From positions 224,001 through 288,000 of the forward strand of contig CAVSLC010000013.1 in the NCBI GenBank assembly GCA_963728565.1: a stretch of DNA of 64,000 nucleotides. Reading direction: 5' to 3'. Every line of letters starts with the position of its first letter. Position 1 is the first letter of the stretch. Shown one piece after another: positions 21,610-33,467 of this stretch. A model generated the notes under the pieces. It had not been told where the DNA came from, did not search any database, and saw only the letters and a program-made list of their open reading frames with translations. The translations under genes were made by a program, and so were the position numbers. This stretch comes from an uncultured delta proteobacterium. GTDB lineage: Bacteria; Desulfobacterota; Binatia; UBA9968.

Positions 21610-22157
21610 TTCCGGCCGGTGACTTGGAGCAACAAACATGCTTGCAATCGAATGACAAAAACCTTCGTTCATCAGCACGGATTAATTATCTCTGCGAATG
21701 AAAAGGTAGGCTCAATGGGCCACAGTTGTACAAACGTTGAACTACGGTTTGTTAAGCGGTGCCTAGAGTCAGGGATGTGGATTCGGCGGTCCGAAGCTAA
21801 AAATCCGCGACTATACAGTCGGGTAACGACCAGGTTACCTTGACATTGCGAACTAGCCGAAATAAGGCTGCGGAGAGGATTTGCAGAGTAAGCTACGATG
21901 GAAGAGGCAGTGGGGCCGGTCAATGTTACCCGAAGAAACCTGAGGTTAACGGACGCAAGATCTAAGAGTTCATGGTTTAAGTCTGATGCCGCAGATTGGA
22001 GGCCTAGCCGATCATCCGATTGGACCATTATCTATCTATTCGTTGTCGGGTCGCTGCTAATCGATACCGATCTCAGAGACTGGCGGCGATGGTGCGCACC
22101 ACACTCGATTGGAATCTCATCATCCGTGGAGAACCATATGGGAAAGGGCAGCCCGCT

Positions 22158-23153
22158 ATGAAATCACCGTGCGGCCTCTCTCTTCTAGCTATGGGTTTGT
22201 TCATGTTTCTTGCCGTAACGGCTAGTGAAGGCGCAACTCTAGCGCGCTTGAGAGTCGGCTACCCGTCGCCCAGCGCCAGCTTCTTTCCTCTATTTGCCAC
22301 TAAAGAAGCCGGGCTTTTGGAAAAATATGGATTCGACACCGAGATGGTCTATGTCCAGGGCGTGCAGCTGGTGCAGGTCCATGTTGCCGGACAGCTCGAT
22401 GTGTCGACGATTTCATCTGTGGTTTATCTTCAGGCCTCCGTCGAGGGGGCCGATCTGATTCAGGTGGCAAGCTCCATTGACAACCAACTGATGAAACTCA
22501 TGGTTCATCCGTCGATAGCAAAGCCCGAAGATCTCAGGGGGAAAACACTCGCGGTGACGCGATTCGGGTCGCTCACCGACCTTCTAATTCGTCCGGTGCT
22601 GAAGAACTGGGGACTCGAGCCGCAGAAGGATGTGAAGCTGATTCAGATCGGCAGAATGCCGGATATAGCGACCGCGATCGCTCAAAAATCGGTCGACGGG
22701 GGTGTCATCTCTTTTCCGACGTCGGTCCAAGCGGAAAAGATGAATATCAAAACCATGCTGGATTTTGCCGACTCCGGTTTCGAGTTACCGGCAACCACGG
22801 TGGTGGTGAGCCGACGTTATAGCAAGAGTAATCGAGATACCGTGTTGAGATTTCTCAAGGCTTATATCGAAGGGACACGGCGGCTTTTCGCAGACCGAGA
22901 ACTGGGCATCCGTGCTCTGCGGCGGTATGGCGGCATTAGCGACCGCGATATGCTATCGACGACATACGATCTTTTTACTTCCCGATACATCAAGAAAATT
23001 CCCACAGTAAATGCCAAGGGAGTTGAAAACTCGTTAGGCTTGATTGCGGAAACCAACCCCAGAGCAAAAAACCGCAAAGCCGAGGAGTTTATGGACACCA
23101 GCTTTATGGAGGAACTGGAGAGCACGGGGTTCATCAGCTCGGTTTGGAAGTGA
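22158..23153 (+). CDS. ABC transporter substrate-binding protein, NMT1/SsuA-like
   Basis: Signal peptide; DLRGKTLAVTRFGS, RFLKAYIE. Confidence 0.88.
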   Translation: MKSPCGLSLLAMGLFMFLAVTASEGATLARLRVGYPSPSASFFPLFATKEAGLLEKYGFDTEMVYVQGVQLVQVHVAGQLDVSTISSVVYLQASVEGADLIQVASSIDNQLMKLMVHPSIAKPEDLRGKTLAVTRFGSLTDLLIRPVLKNWGLEPQKDVKLIQIGRMPDIATAIAQKSVDGGVISFPTSVQAEKMNIKTMLDFADSGFELPATTVVVSRRYSKSNRDTVLRFLKAYIEGTRRLFADRELGIRALRRYGGISDRDMLSTTYDLFTSRYIKKIPTVNAKGVENSLGLIAETNPRAKNRKAEEFMDTSFMEELESTGFISSVWK

Positions 23154-23288
23154 CGCGAATATACGTTCGCAACAGCCCGGTAGCCGTGCAGGACAGGCTC
23201 GAGTTTCGAGCAAACAAAGAAAGTCAAAGCAGTTCCTTTGTTTTTGCCGCTAAAGCAAGGATAACTAGAGCGGTAAGGAGATCAGTCG

Positions 23289-24329
23289 ATGCTTCTCAAG
23301 ATATCAGCCTACCTGGCTTGCATATCTCTCCTAACAGTCACCTATACAGTTGACGCGCAGACTCCTTTCTATCAAGGAAAAACCGTTCGTATCGTCGTCG
23401 GGAATTTAGCGGGCGATACGCACGACCTCTTTGCGCGCGCTTATGCGCGCAGTATGGGCAAATACCTTCCGGGAAATCCGGAAATCATCGTACAGAACAT
23501 GCCCGGCGCGGGCACCATGATCGCCGCCAATCATGTATACAATATTGCCAAGCCCGATGGTTTGACGCTGGGTTCACTTTCGCCAGCTCTTTATTACGCG
23601 CAGCTCACCGGCAGCAAGGAAGTTAAATTCGATTGGCCGAAGTTTACATGGATCGGTTCGCCGGAACGCAACGGCCACGTATTATTCATGCGCTCGGATT
23701 CTCCCTACAAGACGCTCGACGATATTCGAGACGCCAAAGAACCGCCACGTTGTTCGGCCACCGGGGTCGGAACCAGCGGCCATGATGTACCAAAATTATT
23801 TGAGGAAACTCTTGGCTTGAAATTTCGTATTATTACAGGCTATCCCGGCGGCGCCGAACAAGATCTCGCCATGGAAAGAGGCGAGGTGCACTGCCGGGCG
23901 ATTACAACCGCGGCTTTTTTTGCGCGCGAGCCGTTTAAAACCTGGTACAAAGCAGGATTTGTTCGAATCATGATTCAAACCTCGCGGCAGCGCAATTCTA
24001 AAGTCTCGGATGTGCCGACGCTTTTTGAGTTGATGGAGCAACATAAAACACCGGAGATCAAGCGACGCCAGGCGCTGGTTTATCTAGGCGCCGGCGGATT
24101 CGGCTCCTGGCCGATTCTTTCAAGCCCGGGACTGCCGGCCGATCGCGCGACGATCCTACGCGATGCGTACGCCAAGACGCTTAGAGACCCAGATTTCCTG
24201 AGTGAAGCGAAGAAACACGGCTGGGAATTGAGACCCGTCAGCGGCGAAGAGTTGCAAGCCTTGGCCAAGGAAGTTATCGACCAGCCCCCTGAGGTGGTCG
24301 AATGGTTGAAAAAATTGCTGGCAAAGTAA
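23289..24329 (+). CDS. Bug/TctC-type substrate-binding protein
   Basis: FYQGKT, VQNMPGAG, GYPGG, LAMERGEV. Confidence 0.88.
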   Translation: MLLKISAYLACISLLTVTYTVDAQTPFYQGKTVRIVVGNLAGDTHDLFARAYARSMGKYLPGNPEIIVQNMPGAGTMIAANHVYNIAKPDGLTLGSLSPALYYAQLTGSKEVKFDWPKFTWIGSPERNGHVLFMRSDSPYKTLDDIRDAKEPPRCSATGVGTSGHDVPKLFEETLGLKFRIITGYPGGAEQDLAMERGEVHCRAITTAAFFAREPFKTWYKAGFVRIMIQTSRQRNSKVSDVPTLFELMEQHKTPEIKRRQALVYLGAGGFGSWPILSSPGLPADRATILRDAYAKTLRDPDFLSEAKKHGWELRPVSGEELQALAKEVIDQPPEVVEWLKKLLAK

Positions 24330-24352
24330 TCCGGAATGTGAGGTCGCAGCCT

Positions 24353-25438
24353 ATGTACCGAATACACCCGTTTAACTCTTCTATAGCTCCGAGGTTCAAT
24401 GGCATCTTTCTGTGTACCCTGACGATTATCGGCCTGTGGAGTTCGTTTCACGTTCAACCGGGACTTGCGCAGACTCCTTTTTATCAGGGGAAAACCATTC
24501 GGGTGATCGTCGGTTATCAGCCAGGCGACAGTCACGATCAGTGGGCGCGTACTTACGTGCGCTTCTTAGGCAAGCACATCCCCGGCAATCCCGAGTTCGT
24601 GGTACAAAACATGCCGGGCGCGGGTGGGATGATTGCCGCGAATCATATCTACAATCTGACCAAGCCCGATGGGCTAACTCTGGGCTCCTTTGGCGGCGCG
24701 CTTTTTATGGCGCAGATCACCGGCCGTAAGGAAGTCCAGTTCGATTGGCCCAAGTTTAATTGGCTTATGACACCCGAGCGCGGTGGGCACTTGGTATTCA
24801 TGCGCACCGACATTCCGCAGAAGACCTTCGATGATCTTCGACAAACCAATGATCCACCAAAATGCTCGGCCACCGGCGTGGGCAGCTCGGGCTATGATAT
24901 CCCGCGACTGCTCGAGGAAGCGTTGGGATTTAAGTTTCAGGTCATCAGCGGTTATCCAGGCGGCGCAGAGCAGGACCTGGCAATGGAACGCGGCGAGGTT
25001 CACTGTCGCGCCTTTACGATCGATGCTTTCTTCGGCCGGGAACCATTTCCTGGCTGGATCAGGAAGGGATTCATCAAGGTTTGGCTTCAAACCGAGCGCA
25101 AACGCAATCCCAAGCTGCCCGAGGTTCCGACCGTATTTGAACTGATGGATCAGTACAAGGTCAGCGAGCCCAAGCGGCGTTTAGTTGAAGCGTATCTGGG
25201 CATTTGGGGCTTCGGCTCACGTCCTATCGTTACCTCGCCGGGCGCTCCGGCGGATCGGGTAAAAATTTTTCGCGATGCTTTCGCCAAGATGTTCAAAGAC
25301 TCGGAATTCATGGATGAGATAAAGAAAAGAAGATGGGAGATAAGTCCGGTAAGCGGCGAAGAACTACAAGCGCTGGCCAACGAAGTCGTCGATCAGCCGG
25401 CCGACGTCACAGCGGCGACTGAAACGAATTTTAAGTAA
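24353..25438 (+). CDS. Bug/TctC-type substrate-binding protein (tandem paralogue)
   Basis: Same motifs as the upstream gene with long identical stretches (GYPGGAEQDLAMERGEVHCRA). Confidence 0.86.
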   Translation: MYRIHPFNSSIAPRFNGIFLCTLTIIGLWSSFHVQPGLAQTPFYQGKTIRVIVGYQPGDSHDQWARTYVRFLGKHIPGNPEFVVQNMPGAGGMIAANHIYNLTKPDGLTLGSFGGALFMAQITGRKEVQFDWPKFNWLMTPERGGHLVFMRTDIPQKTFDDLRQTNDPPKCSATGVGSSGYDIPRLLEEALGFKFQVISGYPGGAEQDLAMERGEVHCRAFTIDAFFGREPFPGWIRKGFIKVWLQTERKRNPKLPEVPTVFELMDQYKVSEPKRRLVEAYLGIWGFGSRPIVTSPGAPADRVKIFRDAFAKMFKDSEFMDEIKKRRWEISPVSGEELQALANEVVDQPADVTAATETNFK

Positions 25439-25655
25439 ATAAGTCTCTGATTGCGCCGGGGAATTTTGCGCTCTCGGTCGGTAACCAGCCATTGCATATT
25501 GCCTACGCCATAAGTTGGAAGCCAAAGTCAATTCTGAGTTCCGCGCTTTCAAACTCATTGCAGTCGTTGGCGTGGAGGTTGAACGACTAATCGCAAATCA
25601 ATTTCACTAGGAACGGCTGAGTTCTAAAGAGTTGCGATTGAACGCACTAAACGGC

Positions 25656-26843
25656 TTACCGGTGCAAGGCCACAAAGGCAAAAACCTTTGCTGCATTGAA
25701 AACGTCGTTGAGCGACACCAGGTCGTGATCGGTATGCTGGAAGCGAATATCGCGGGAGCCATAATTGATCGCTTGAATGCCGCGAAAATTGAATAGGCCG
25801 GTGTCGTTGGCTGCGGTGGAAAAGGTATATTGCGGCTCGTAGTTTAGGACTGTTCGGATGCCGTGCTCGAGGGCGCGCACCACCTCGGCATCCTTGCCGA
25901 CTTCGCTCGGGTACATGAAATCCTTCGGCTGAACCTCAATCTCATACGGTTCAATTATGCCGATGGCGTCAATCATCTGCTGCACAGCTCTTTTGGGATC
26001 GTCGCCGGGAAGAAGCCGGCGATCAAACATGATGCGGCACTCGCTCTGGATCGTATGGGTGGCTTTGGGAAAACTCTCGATCGAATTGGCCGCGAGACTC
26101 ACCTTTCCTAATGAACCGTGATTTCTGGCTTCCGGATAGGGCATTAACGGTTTGAGCCTGTCCAAGTACCTTCATCGCGCCTTCGATGGCGTTGATGCCC
26201 TCCCACGGACGGCTACTGTGGCTCTGTTTGCCGCGCACGATCACCAGCACATCAATACGGCCTTTATTGCCAAGTTGGATTTCGGGAGGGCCGTCGATGA
26301 TGCACCAGTCCGCTTCGACCCGGCCATGATCCAGAACATAAGCCAGCGAATCGTGCCGTCCAGTTTCGCCGGCGGTACTGACAATCAGATAGAGATCCGA
26401 AGGAAGCTCGATTTTGCTGGCGCCAAGAAAGCGAATGGCCGCGATCATCGCGGCAAGACTCCCCTTCTGCTCACACGCTCCCCGGCCCCACACGCACTCG
26501 CCATTCAATTTGTAGGGCGCGCCATCGACGATCTCTCCTGAATAAGGGTTTGGCATCGTACTCGGCGCCGCATTCATCGCGTAACCCACAAGCATGAGAC
26601 GGTCATTTCGCGTCCTTCCTTTGATGTGCAGGATGAGATTTCCCATGCCATCGATGACGGCCGTAAACCGGCTTGTTCCAGCTCCGGCTTGACGATGTCG
26701 CGGATCAGCGCAAGGACCTGCGGCTCTGCTTCGAGAAGCGCGGTTTGCGGGCTGGCGTGCCGCACCAGTTTTACAGCAAGCCGCTTCACCTCATCGTAAG
26801 ACAGGTTCTTCTCGATCAATTTTTTCGCGGTATCCGCATCCAT
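25656..26843 (-). CDS. M20/ArgE-like metallopeptidase/deacylase, two frameshifts (~26650, ~26160)
   Basis: GNLI, VWGRGACEQKG, GKQSHSSRPWEGINAI, FDRRLLPG, HTDHD across ORFs 26574-26945, 26023-26646 and 25656-26165. Confidence 0.82.
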
Positions 26844-26898
26844 CCGCTCATTCCATTTGTTTTGCTTTGAAAGGCCTTCAGTACCTTGCCGACTTCTT

Positions 26899-28669
26899 TC
26901 AATGTCCTTCAAATTGGCCGCCGACCCTGCCGATCTTTCGCGCAATCACGATGAGCGTGACACAAACCATACTGATGATCAGAGCCAGAGAACACATCGG
27001 CCCGAGATTGCCGTCGACGTAAAAATGATACAGCAGCGGCCCGAGAGGCTCCGAGCCCGGCGAATAGAGGAACACGGAAGCGCTGAACTCGCGCAGAAAA
27101 ATCGTTGCGAGAATTATCCAGCCGGCGAGAAAGCCGGGACGAAGCAGCGGCAGCAGAATGCGTCGAAAGGTCGTCATGAAGCTGGCGCCGCAAGCCATCG
27201 AAGCCTGCGGCAGATCGTCGTGCAGCTGAACAATCGTGCTGGTCATCGTGCGCAAGCCGTACGGCAAGAATCGGGTGATATAGGCGATCATGAGGATCCA
27301 CAAAGTCCCGTATATGGGCAGCGGCATATAGACATAGGTCCAGAGCAGGCCAATGGCCAGCGCTGTTCCGGGGAAGGCCCACGGTATGAACGTCAACGCT
27401 TCGATCACGCCGCGCCCGGCGGTCCGGCTTTTCGTCGTCACCCAGGCGGTCAATGACGCGATCAGCATGCACAACGTCGCGCCGCCTACCGCGAGAAAAA
27501 TACTATTTTGAAACGCCCGGTAAGTTCGCGTATCACCGAAATTGGACCGATAGTTATCCAGGGTTAACAGCTCCCAGGTCTTGGCGCTCGGCACATGAAC
27601 ATAGGAGACGAAAGAAACGTAGATCATTACAAGAAGCGGTAAAACGACGATCAGTATGAGGATCAAACCGGCGAGCACCGATGCGCCGTAAGCGCCATTT
27701 TCCGAGATCGATGATGGTTGGCCGGTAGCCGCGTCCGGTGACCGTAACGTAGCGTTCCGAGCGCATCGTGAGACGGCGATAGAAGTAGACGAAAAGCATT
27801 GTGATAATCAGCAGCGAGACCGCATACGCCGCCGCCAGATTCTGGTTCGGCGGGAACGCGCCCACCGCCTCGCGGTAGATCTTGGTGGTGAACACTTCGA
27901 TGCGTGCCGGCAGGGCTATAATCGCCGGCGTATCGAAGCTCTCGATAGCGCGAACAAAATTGAGCATCGTTGCCGCCAGCAACGCCGGACGAATGATCGG
28001 AAATGTAATCCGCCGGGCGGTTTGCATATTCGTCGATCCAGCGACGCGCGCCGATTCCTCCAGCGACGGATCCATGGAATAGAGCGACGCTGAGATCAGC
28101 AAAAACGCCAACGGCGTCGTGATCAATGCTTCGACGTACACCATGCCCCAGATCGAGTACACATTTAACGGCGCGTCGGCGAGACCGAATACGTCCATCA
28201 GCACGCGGTTGATCAGACCCGTGCGCGGACTCAGCAGAACGGTCCACGATACCGCCAGCATAACGGGCGGAAAGACGTTCGGCACAATCGCCGTCAGCTC
28301 AAAAACTCTTCTGAACGGCGCATTGGTGCGTATCGAAATCCATGCCAGGGTGGCTGCCAGCACGGTCGAAAGTATGGCCGAACCGCTGGCAAATACAAAT
28401 GAGTTCAAAAGCAGCTGATAGGTCTGCGCATCCGTGTAGGCGCCAATATAGTGGCCGAGAGTGAAGTCGCCCGGCACGCCCAACGGTGTGCTGCGGAAGC
28501 TGCCGTAGAACAGCATCAGGGTGGGTGACAAGCTCAGGTAAGCGATGACGATCCCGACTACCATAACCACCCCGAGCTCCGGATTTTTCCGAAAAGCGCG
28601 GAGGGGCCGATCCAAGAGCCGACTCCGAGTTGAGGAATCTGTTAAGGCGTTACCTTTGACGGTACTCAT
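26899..28669 (-). CDS. FbpB-like ABC permease (two fused domains), frameshift near 27690
   Basis: MDPSLEESARVAG and LHDDLPQASMACGA EAA loops; PWAFPG. Confidence 0.87.
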
Positions 28670-28678
28670 AAATAGGAA

Positions 28679-28718
28679 GAGGGCGGGCCTCGCAACGCTT
28701 CACGCAGGGCCAGCCCTC
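28679..28718 (-). terminator. Intergenic hairpin between SBP and permease (mRNA stabiliser or attenuator)
   Basis: GAGGGCGGGCC...GGCCAGCCCTC inverted repeat. Confidence 0.4.
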
Positions 28719-28747
28719 TCTCCCTCATCGTACAAGCAAATGCCTGG

Positions 28748-29755
28748 TTACTTCTTGAAAAAGATCTCCCGGAAGGTACCGGTCATCAGCTTCTTGAATT
28801 CGTCCTCGGACGGATTATCCATGAAGATCAAATTGGGAGCGACCTTTTCCGCATCCTTGATGGGTGGTAACACTCCGGGATAGAGCACGAACTCCCCTTC
28901 CTCGGCCACCAGCTTTTGACCATCGGCCGAAGTGATGAATTCGATATAGAGCTTAGCCGCGTTTGGATTGGCCGCCTTGGCACTCAGGCTCATATAGTTC
29001 GGATCGCTCAAATACTTGTCCATTAATACGTAACCCACCGGACCTTTGTACTGTTTGACATATTTGATGTAGGTGATGCCCACCGGAGCCTCGCCCTTGA
29101 TGATGGTGGTCGTCACCGGCGCCAGGGATTCGACAAGCAGAGGTCTTTGGTTGGCCAACGCTTTGACCAGATCCAACCATTTGTCTCCTTTGAACTCTTT
29201 AAGATTCCACAAAAATTGCGCCGTGGTGGTGTGGCGCGTGGGATCGGGCATGGTAATCTTGCCGGTCCATTTGGCAGTCGCAAGATCGTCGAATGTTTTC
29301 GGCAAATCGCCCGGCTTTACCATGTCGGTATTGTACAGGATGCTGATGGGAAGGACCCGCCAAGGGGTGATCATGCCATCTTTCTCTTTGAACTGCGCGG
29401 GAAACTTTTCCGATGACGGCGGCACGTACTTCTGGAACAGTCCGTCGTCGCGCATGATCAGCTGAACACCGCGATTGCCTTCGACGACATCGAAGCCGGG
29501 TTTGCCGGCGCGCCATTCGGTGAGCGCCCGTTCCGATACCCCTGTCGACGAGCCGCGCCAGTATTCAACCGAGATGCCGTATTTTTTCTCAAATGCCGCA
29601 TGGAGCGGTTTCATGGCCTGAGGAACCTGGGCCCCATACACAACGACTCTGCCTTCTTTCTTGGCGGCCTCGATGTTTGGTTGCTGCGCCACCGCATTGC
29701 CGGCCGACAGCCAAGCTATTATCGGAATGACACTCAGGCTTATTTTCCAACCCAT
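28748..29755 (-). CDS. ABC substrate-binding protein, Fe3+/thiamine/2-AEP-like family
   Basis: AAKKEGRVVVY, YNTDMV, PKTFDDL, NPNAAKLYIEF. Confidence 0.88.
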   Translation of the reverse strand: MGWKISLSVIPIIAWLSAGNAVAQQPNIEAAKKEGRVVVYGAQVPQAMKPLHAAFEKKYGISVEYWRGSSTGVSERALTEWRAGKPGFDVVEGNRGVQLIMRDDGLFQKYVPPSSEKFPAQFKEKDGMITPWRVLPISILYNTDMVKPGDLPKTFDDLATAKWTGKITMPDPTRHTTTAQFLWNLKEFKGDKWLDLVKALANQRPLLVESLAPVTTTIIKGEAPVGITYIKYVKQYKGPVGYVLMDKYLSDPNYMSLSAKAANPNAAKLYIEFITSADGQKLVAEEGEFVLYPGVLPPIKDAEKVAPNLIFMDNPSEDEFKKLMTGTFREIFFKK

Positions 29756-30043
29756 GGAACCTCCTTATTAGTGAGAACGATTAAGCAGGGGTAATAAGTA
29801 TATATCGGAAGCCTCTAAGTCAAGAAAAGCGGTGATTCATTGCTTCATTATTCGTGGCACTTGGCTCAGCCATGCCATCTCTCAAGGTCGCAGCAGTCCC
29901 TGAAAGCCATAATGAAGATACATATCAAAATCGAAGTAAAGGTTTTATCGCTCACTGCCGCTGAAGTGGATTCGGCCTATCGGACCGAAGAGAACCCTGA
30001 AATCCTTTGAATATTATAGAGCGATCCTCAAGCAAGCTCGGAA

Positions 30044-31028
30044 TTAGGCGACTATCGCCGAAGCCATGCGGACAACGCTTTTTCTCATTGCTTGGGTGCC
30101 CATAGGTAATAGAACCGGCAGATTCAGGCCCGCTTTGACAAATCCCTCCAACTGTTTGCCGCATTGTGCCGTAGTCCCGGCTACAGAGTGGGCAAAAACC
30201 ACCTCGTCGGCGATATATTTCTTCGCCCCATCCCAATCTCGCCTGCCCACCGCTGCGGCCAATCCCTCCTGGTCGACTTTGCCGCCGCCGAGCCGAATGT
30301 TCTCGGCGTGGTGAGTGTTGCGAAAGATATATGCGAGAAAAAGCTTGTTGGCGTCGATAGCCTCACGCGGATTCTCTGAAACTGCCGCAGTGATAAAACC
30401 CGCTACATCGACCTGGTTGACCGATTTGCCGGCTTTCGCCGCGCCGCATCGGATTTCGGTAATGCACCGCGTGATATATGCCGGAGAGCACCCGCCCGAA
30501 AGCAAGACGCCATCGCCGATTTCACCCGCCAGCTGAAGCATTCGAGGCCGCACCGCAGTGACATACATTGGAATTGCCGTCGACGGCACCAACCCCATCT
30601 TTGGACCGTTCAGCCGAAACATCTCGCCTTTATAATCAACCGAATCTCCCTTCAACAATCGACGAAGGATGTCGACGTATTCACGCATCGTTTTCAAAGG
30701 GCGGGGCGACTCGATGCCGGCTTCTTTCAGTGCGGCGGCATTTCCAGTTCCCGGGCTGGCAATCACCCTCCCTGGCGCAAATTCCTCCATCGTAGCCAGC
30801 GACATGGCGGAGATGATCGGCGCGCGCGAATATGGACTCACCGGCGCGGGCGCGACCTTGATCCGTTGAGTCGAGGCGAGCAGAGCCATCGAGGTCGTTA
30901 GCGAATCTCTGAAAGCAGAGATGGTCGGACATCCAAAGCGACTCCATGCTAGCCTCATCGGCGAGCCGGGCGAGTTCGATCATCTCCTGAATTGAATAGA
31001 ATCCGTCAAAGCATAAGCCCAACCGCAT
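30044..31028 (-). CDS. LLM-class (luciferase-like) flavin/F420-dependent oxidoreductase, frameshift near 30910
   Basis: MRLGLCF...SLWMSDH, STQRIKV, PRMLQLAGEIGDGV. Confidence 0.85.
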
Positions 31029-31105
31029 AAAGCCACCTTCCCTTTTTAGAGCCTTCATAAGTTCGCATGCCTCGTGTCATTGCTTCGGATTATCGGTTAG
31101 AACTG

Positions 31106-32216
31106 CTAAAACCCATTCTGCAAAATAACCGGCACGGTTTCCGCCGTGATATGCGCAAGCCCGATTTTTTCTAAAGTTAAACCTTCTCTTGAGTAATCGA
31201 TTCCATTAGCCACTGAAGCCAGCCTGATCAACGAGTTCATCACCGGAGTTACAATACCAAAGAGCCGGCCAATTTCGGCCATCGGCACCAAGCCGTATCC
31301 AACGTCTTCATGAAGGTAACGGTGATCAAGGCACGCCGGGGACTTGATCTTGAAGTTAGGCTCACTTTCATGAATCGCGCGATAAATGGAACCGCTGGCC
31401 CGTGCTTCAGCCGAAGTCAGCCCAGCTTGATAAAAGATATCGATGAAAGGTGTCGGCTTTAAGCCCGAGGCTCTTAACAATCTGCAAGCGCTCCTTATCG
31501 ACCTCTTCAATCCACGCCGCGATCGCCGGGGTTACTCCTTCGCGGTAATACAGAAAATTACCAGCGGTGTTTTCGATCCAACCCACGTTGCCGAGCATTC
31601 CCGCCGGATGCATGATGGCGTTGATGTTCGACAAACCCGTTTCAAGCACGTTCTGAGCAACTGTAACATTGGGGTAAATACTCTGAATTTCGCCGATCAA
31701 ATCGTCGGTGTTCGCTGCGGGAAAAGCGGCGCAGCGCAGATTCGTTGTGCGCCGATAGATTTCCACGTGGGCCGGTTTCACCATGCGGCAAATATAGGTC
31801 AGGGTCACAGTCTCGCAAAGTCTGACAGTGGCTTTATTACCGCACCGTCGCAGAATGTTGGCAAAATGCAGCGAGCCTCCAGTATGGCCGGGATTTAAGA
31901 GAATACGATTGGCCGTCTCTGTAAATGTGCTGCCATGCTTTGCGCCAGATATTCATGCGCAACCGCCGGCGCTGCAACAATAATCAGGTCCACGCCTTCG
32001 ATAACCGGGACAATATGCGGGCTGTGAAAATAGGGAGCGGCAAACTTTTCCTCGCCGGCCTCTGAAAGCGTGATACCACCCTGCTTGATAATCGGCAGCA
32101 GGGTCGCATCGGACCGGGAAAATAGCCGAACTTCGTAGCCGCGCAAGCGTCAAATCAGCCGCCGCTGCGCACCCGCCATTGCCTGCGCCCAGGACGGCGA
32201 TTTTACGAATTGCCAT
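31106..32216 (-). CDS. NAD(P)-dependent opine (octopine/nopaline) dehydrogenase family, three frameshifts (~32147, ~31900, ~31455)
   Basis: IAVLGAGNGG Rossmann motif, ETVTLTYICR, LSNINAIMHP, HRYLHEDVGYGLVP. Confidence 0.85.
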
Positions 32217-32304
32217 ACGTCACGAATGTGCTTGAGGCACGAATATTCTAAGAACTTAGACCAGGAAATGTCTAAAATTACTCGAGCTCGTTGGAATCTG
32301 CTAA

Positions 32305-33462
32305 TTAGGACTTGATTCGATAGTGTTCCAGTTTGTCTTCATCCAGTGCGATGCCCAGCCCCGGTTTAGGTGAAACAATGATATCGCCATTGTCGAAAGC
32401 GAACGGTTCGCTGATGATGTCGTCCTGGTAATAAATTCCTGCGATCCCTTTTTTCGCTTTCTCCTTGGGCGAAGAAACCGGCACCACACAGCCGTATGTA
32501 ACAATCCCGGTCGATGCGGCCAAGTGCAGATTGGCTGCGTTACCGACTCCCGTTTCTACTGATCCGTTTACATTGCAAGGCAATCCCGCGGCTTCAGCAA
32601 CGGCGGCAACCTTTTTAGCTTTGAACATTCCGCCCGGCTTGGTTGTGTAAATCGAAATGATATCGGCCGCCTTCTTATGAACAATCTCGAGCACGTCTTG
32701 CGCTGTCCAGGCGCTTTCATCGGCCATGATCGGTGTGTTGACGCGGCGCGCAACTTCGGCCATGTGATCGATGCCCTGCACCGGTTGCTCCATGTAGAAG
32801 AGATCGTATTCTTCCATCGCTTTGATTATTCTAACCGCCATCTTGACGGTGGGATAACCCTGATTGGCATCGACGCAGATATGCAAATCGGGACCAATGG
32901 CTTTTCTGATCTGCTTAACCAGCTCGACGTCCCGCTCATGATCGATGCCGCCTTTGAGCTTGATCGTCTTGACGCCTTCGGCTTTGGCCTGAATCGCTTC
33001 CTCTACGGCCTTGTCGATTTCCATCAGCCCCAGACTGTGCGCGATGCTGACCCGCTCGCGAAAACAACCACCGAGCAGCTGGTACGCAGGAACGTTCAGA
33101 GCTTTGCCGACGACATCGTAAAGCGCGGCATCGATAGCCGCTTTACAATAAGGATATCCTTTGACGGCTTTGTCCATGAGAGCATGGATCGCTTCGAAGC
33201 GGCGCGGATCTTGGTCTTTCAATGCCGGCGCGAGAATATCATTGATGATGTGAATCGTGGTCTGCGGCGTTTCCCCGAAATACCTGCCATAATCACCGCC
33301 CCAATCCTTCAGCACCGGCGCTTCACCGAGCCCGACCAAACCATCGTCGGTGTGCAATTTGATGATCACGTAGACACCAATGGGTGTCGTCAGACTGGCC
33401 CACTGGTGCACCCTGCGCGTCGGCAGGCGAATCGGGATCGTCTCTATAAACGTAATCTTCAT
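32305..33462 (-). CDS. Muconate cycloisomerase / mandelate racemase (enolase superfamily) enzyme
   Basis: GLGEA, KAAIDAALYD, TIKLK, VDANQGY, MEQP, IMADES, KPGLG. Confidence 0.9.
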   Translation of the reverse strand: MKITFIETIPIRLPTRRVHQWASLTTPIGVYVIIKLHTDDGLVGLGEAPVLKDWGGDYGRYFGETPQTTIHIINDILAPALKDQDPRRFEAIHALMDKAVKGYPYCKAAIDAALYDVVGKALNVPAYQLLGGCFRERVSIAHSLGLMEIDKAVEEAIQAKAEGVKTIKLKGGIDHERDVELVKQIRKAIGPDLHICVDANQGYPTVKMAVRIIKAMEEYDLFYMEQPVQGIDHMAEVARRVNTPIMADESAWTAQDVLEIVHKKAADIISIYTTKPGGMFKAKKVAAVAEAAGLPCNVNGSVETGVGNAANLHLAASTGIVTYGCVVPVSSPKEKAKKGIAGIYYQDDIISEPFAFDNGDIIVSPKPGLGIALDEDKLEHYRIKS

Positions 33463-33467
33463 GCTTC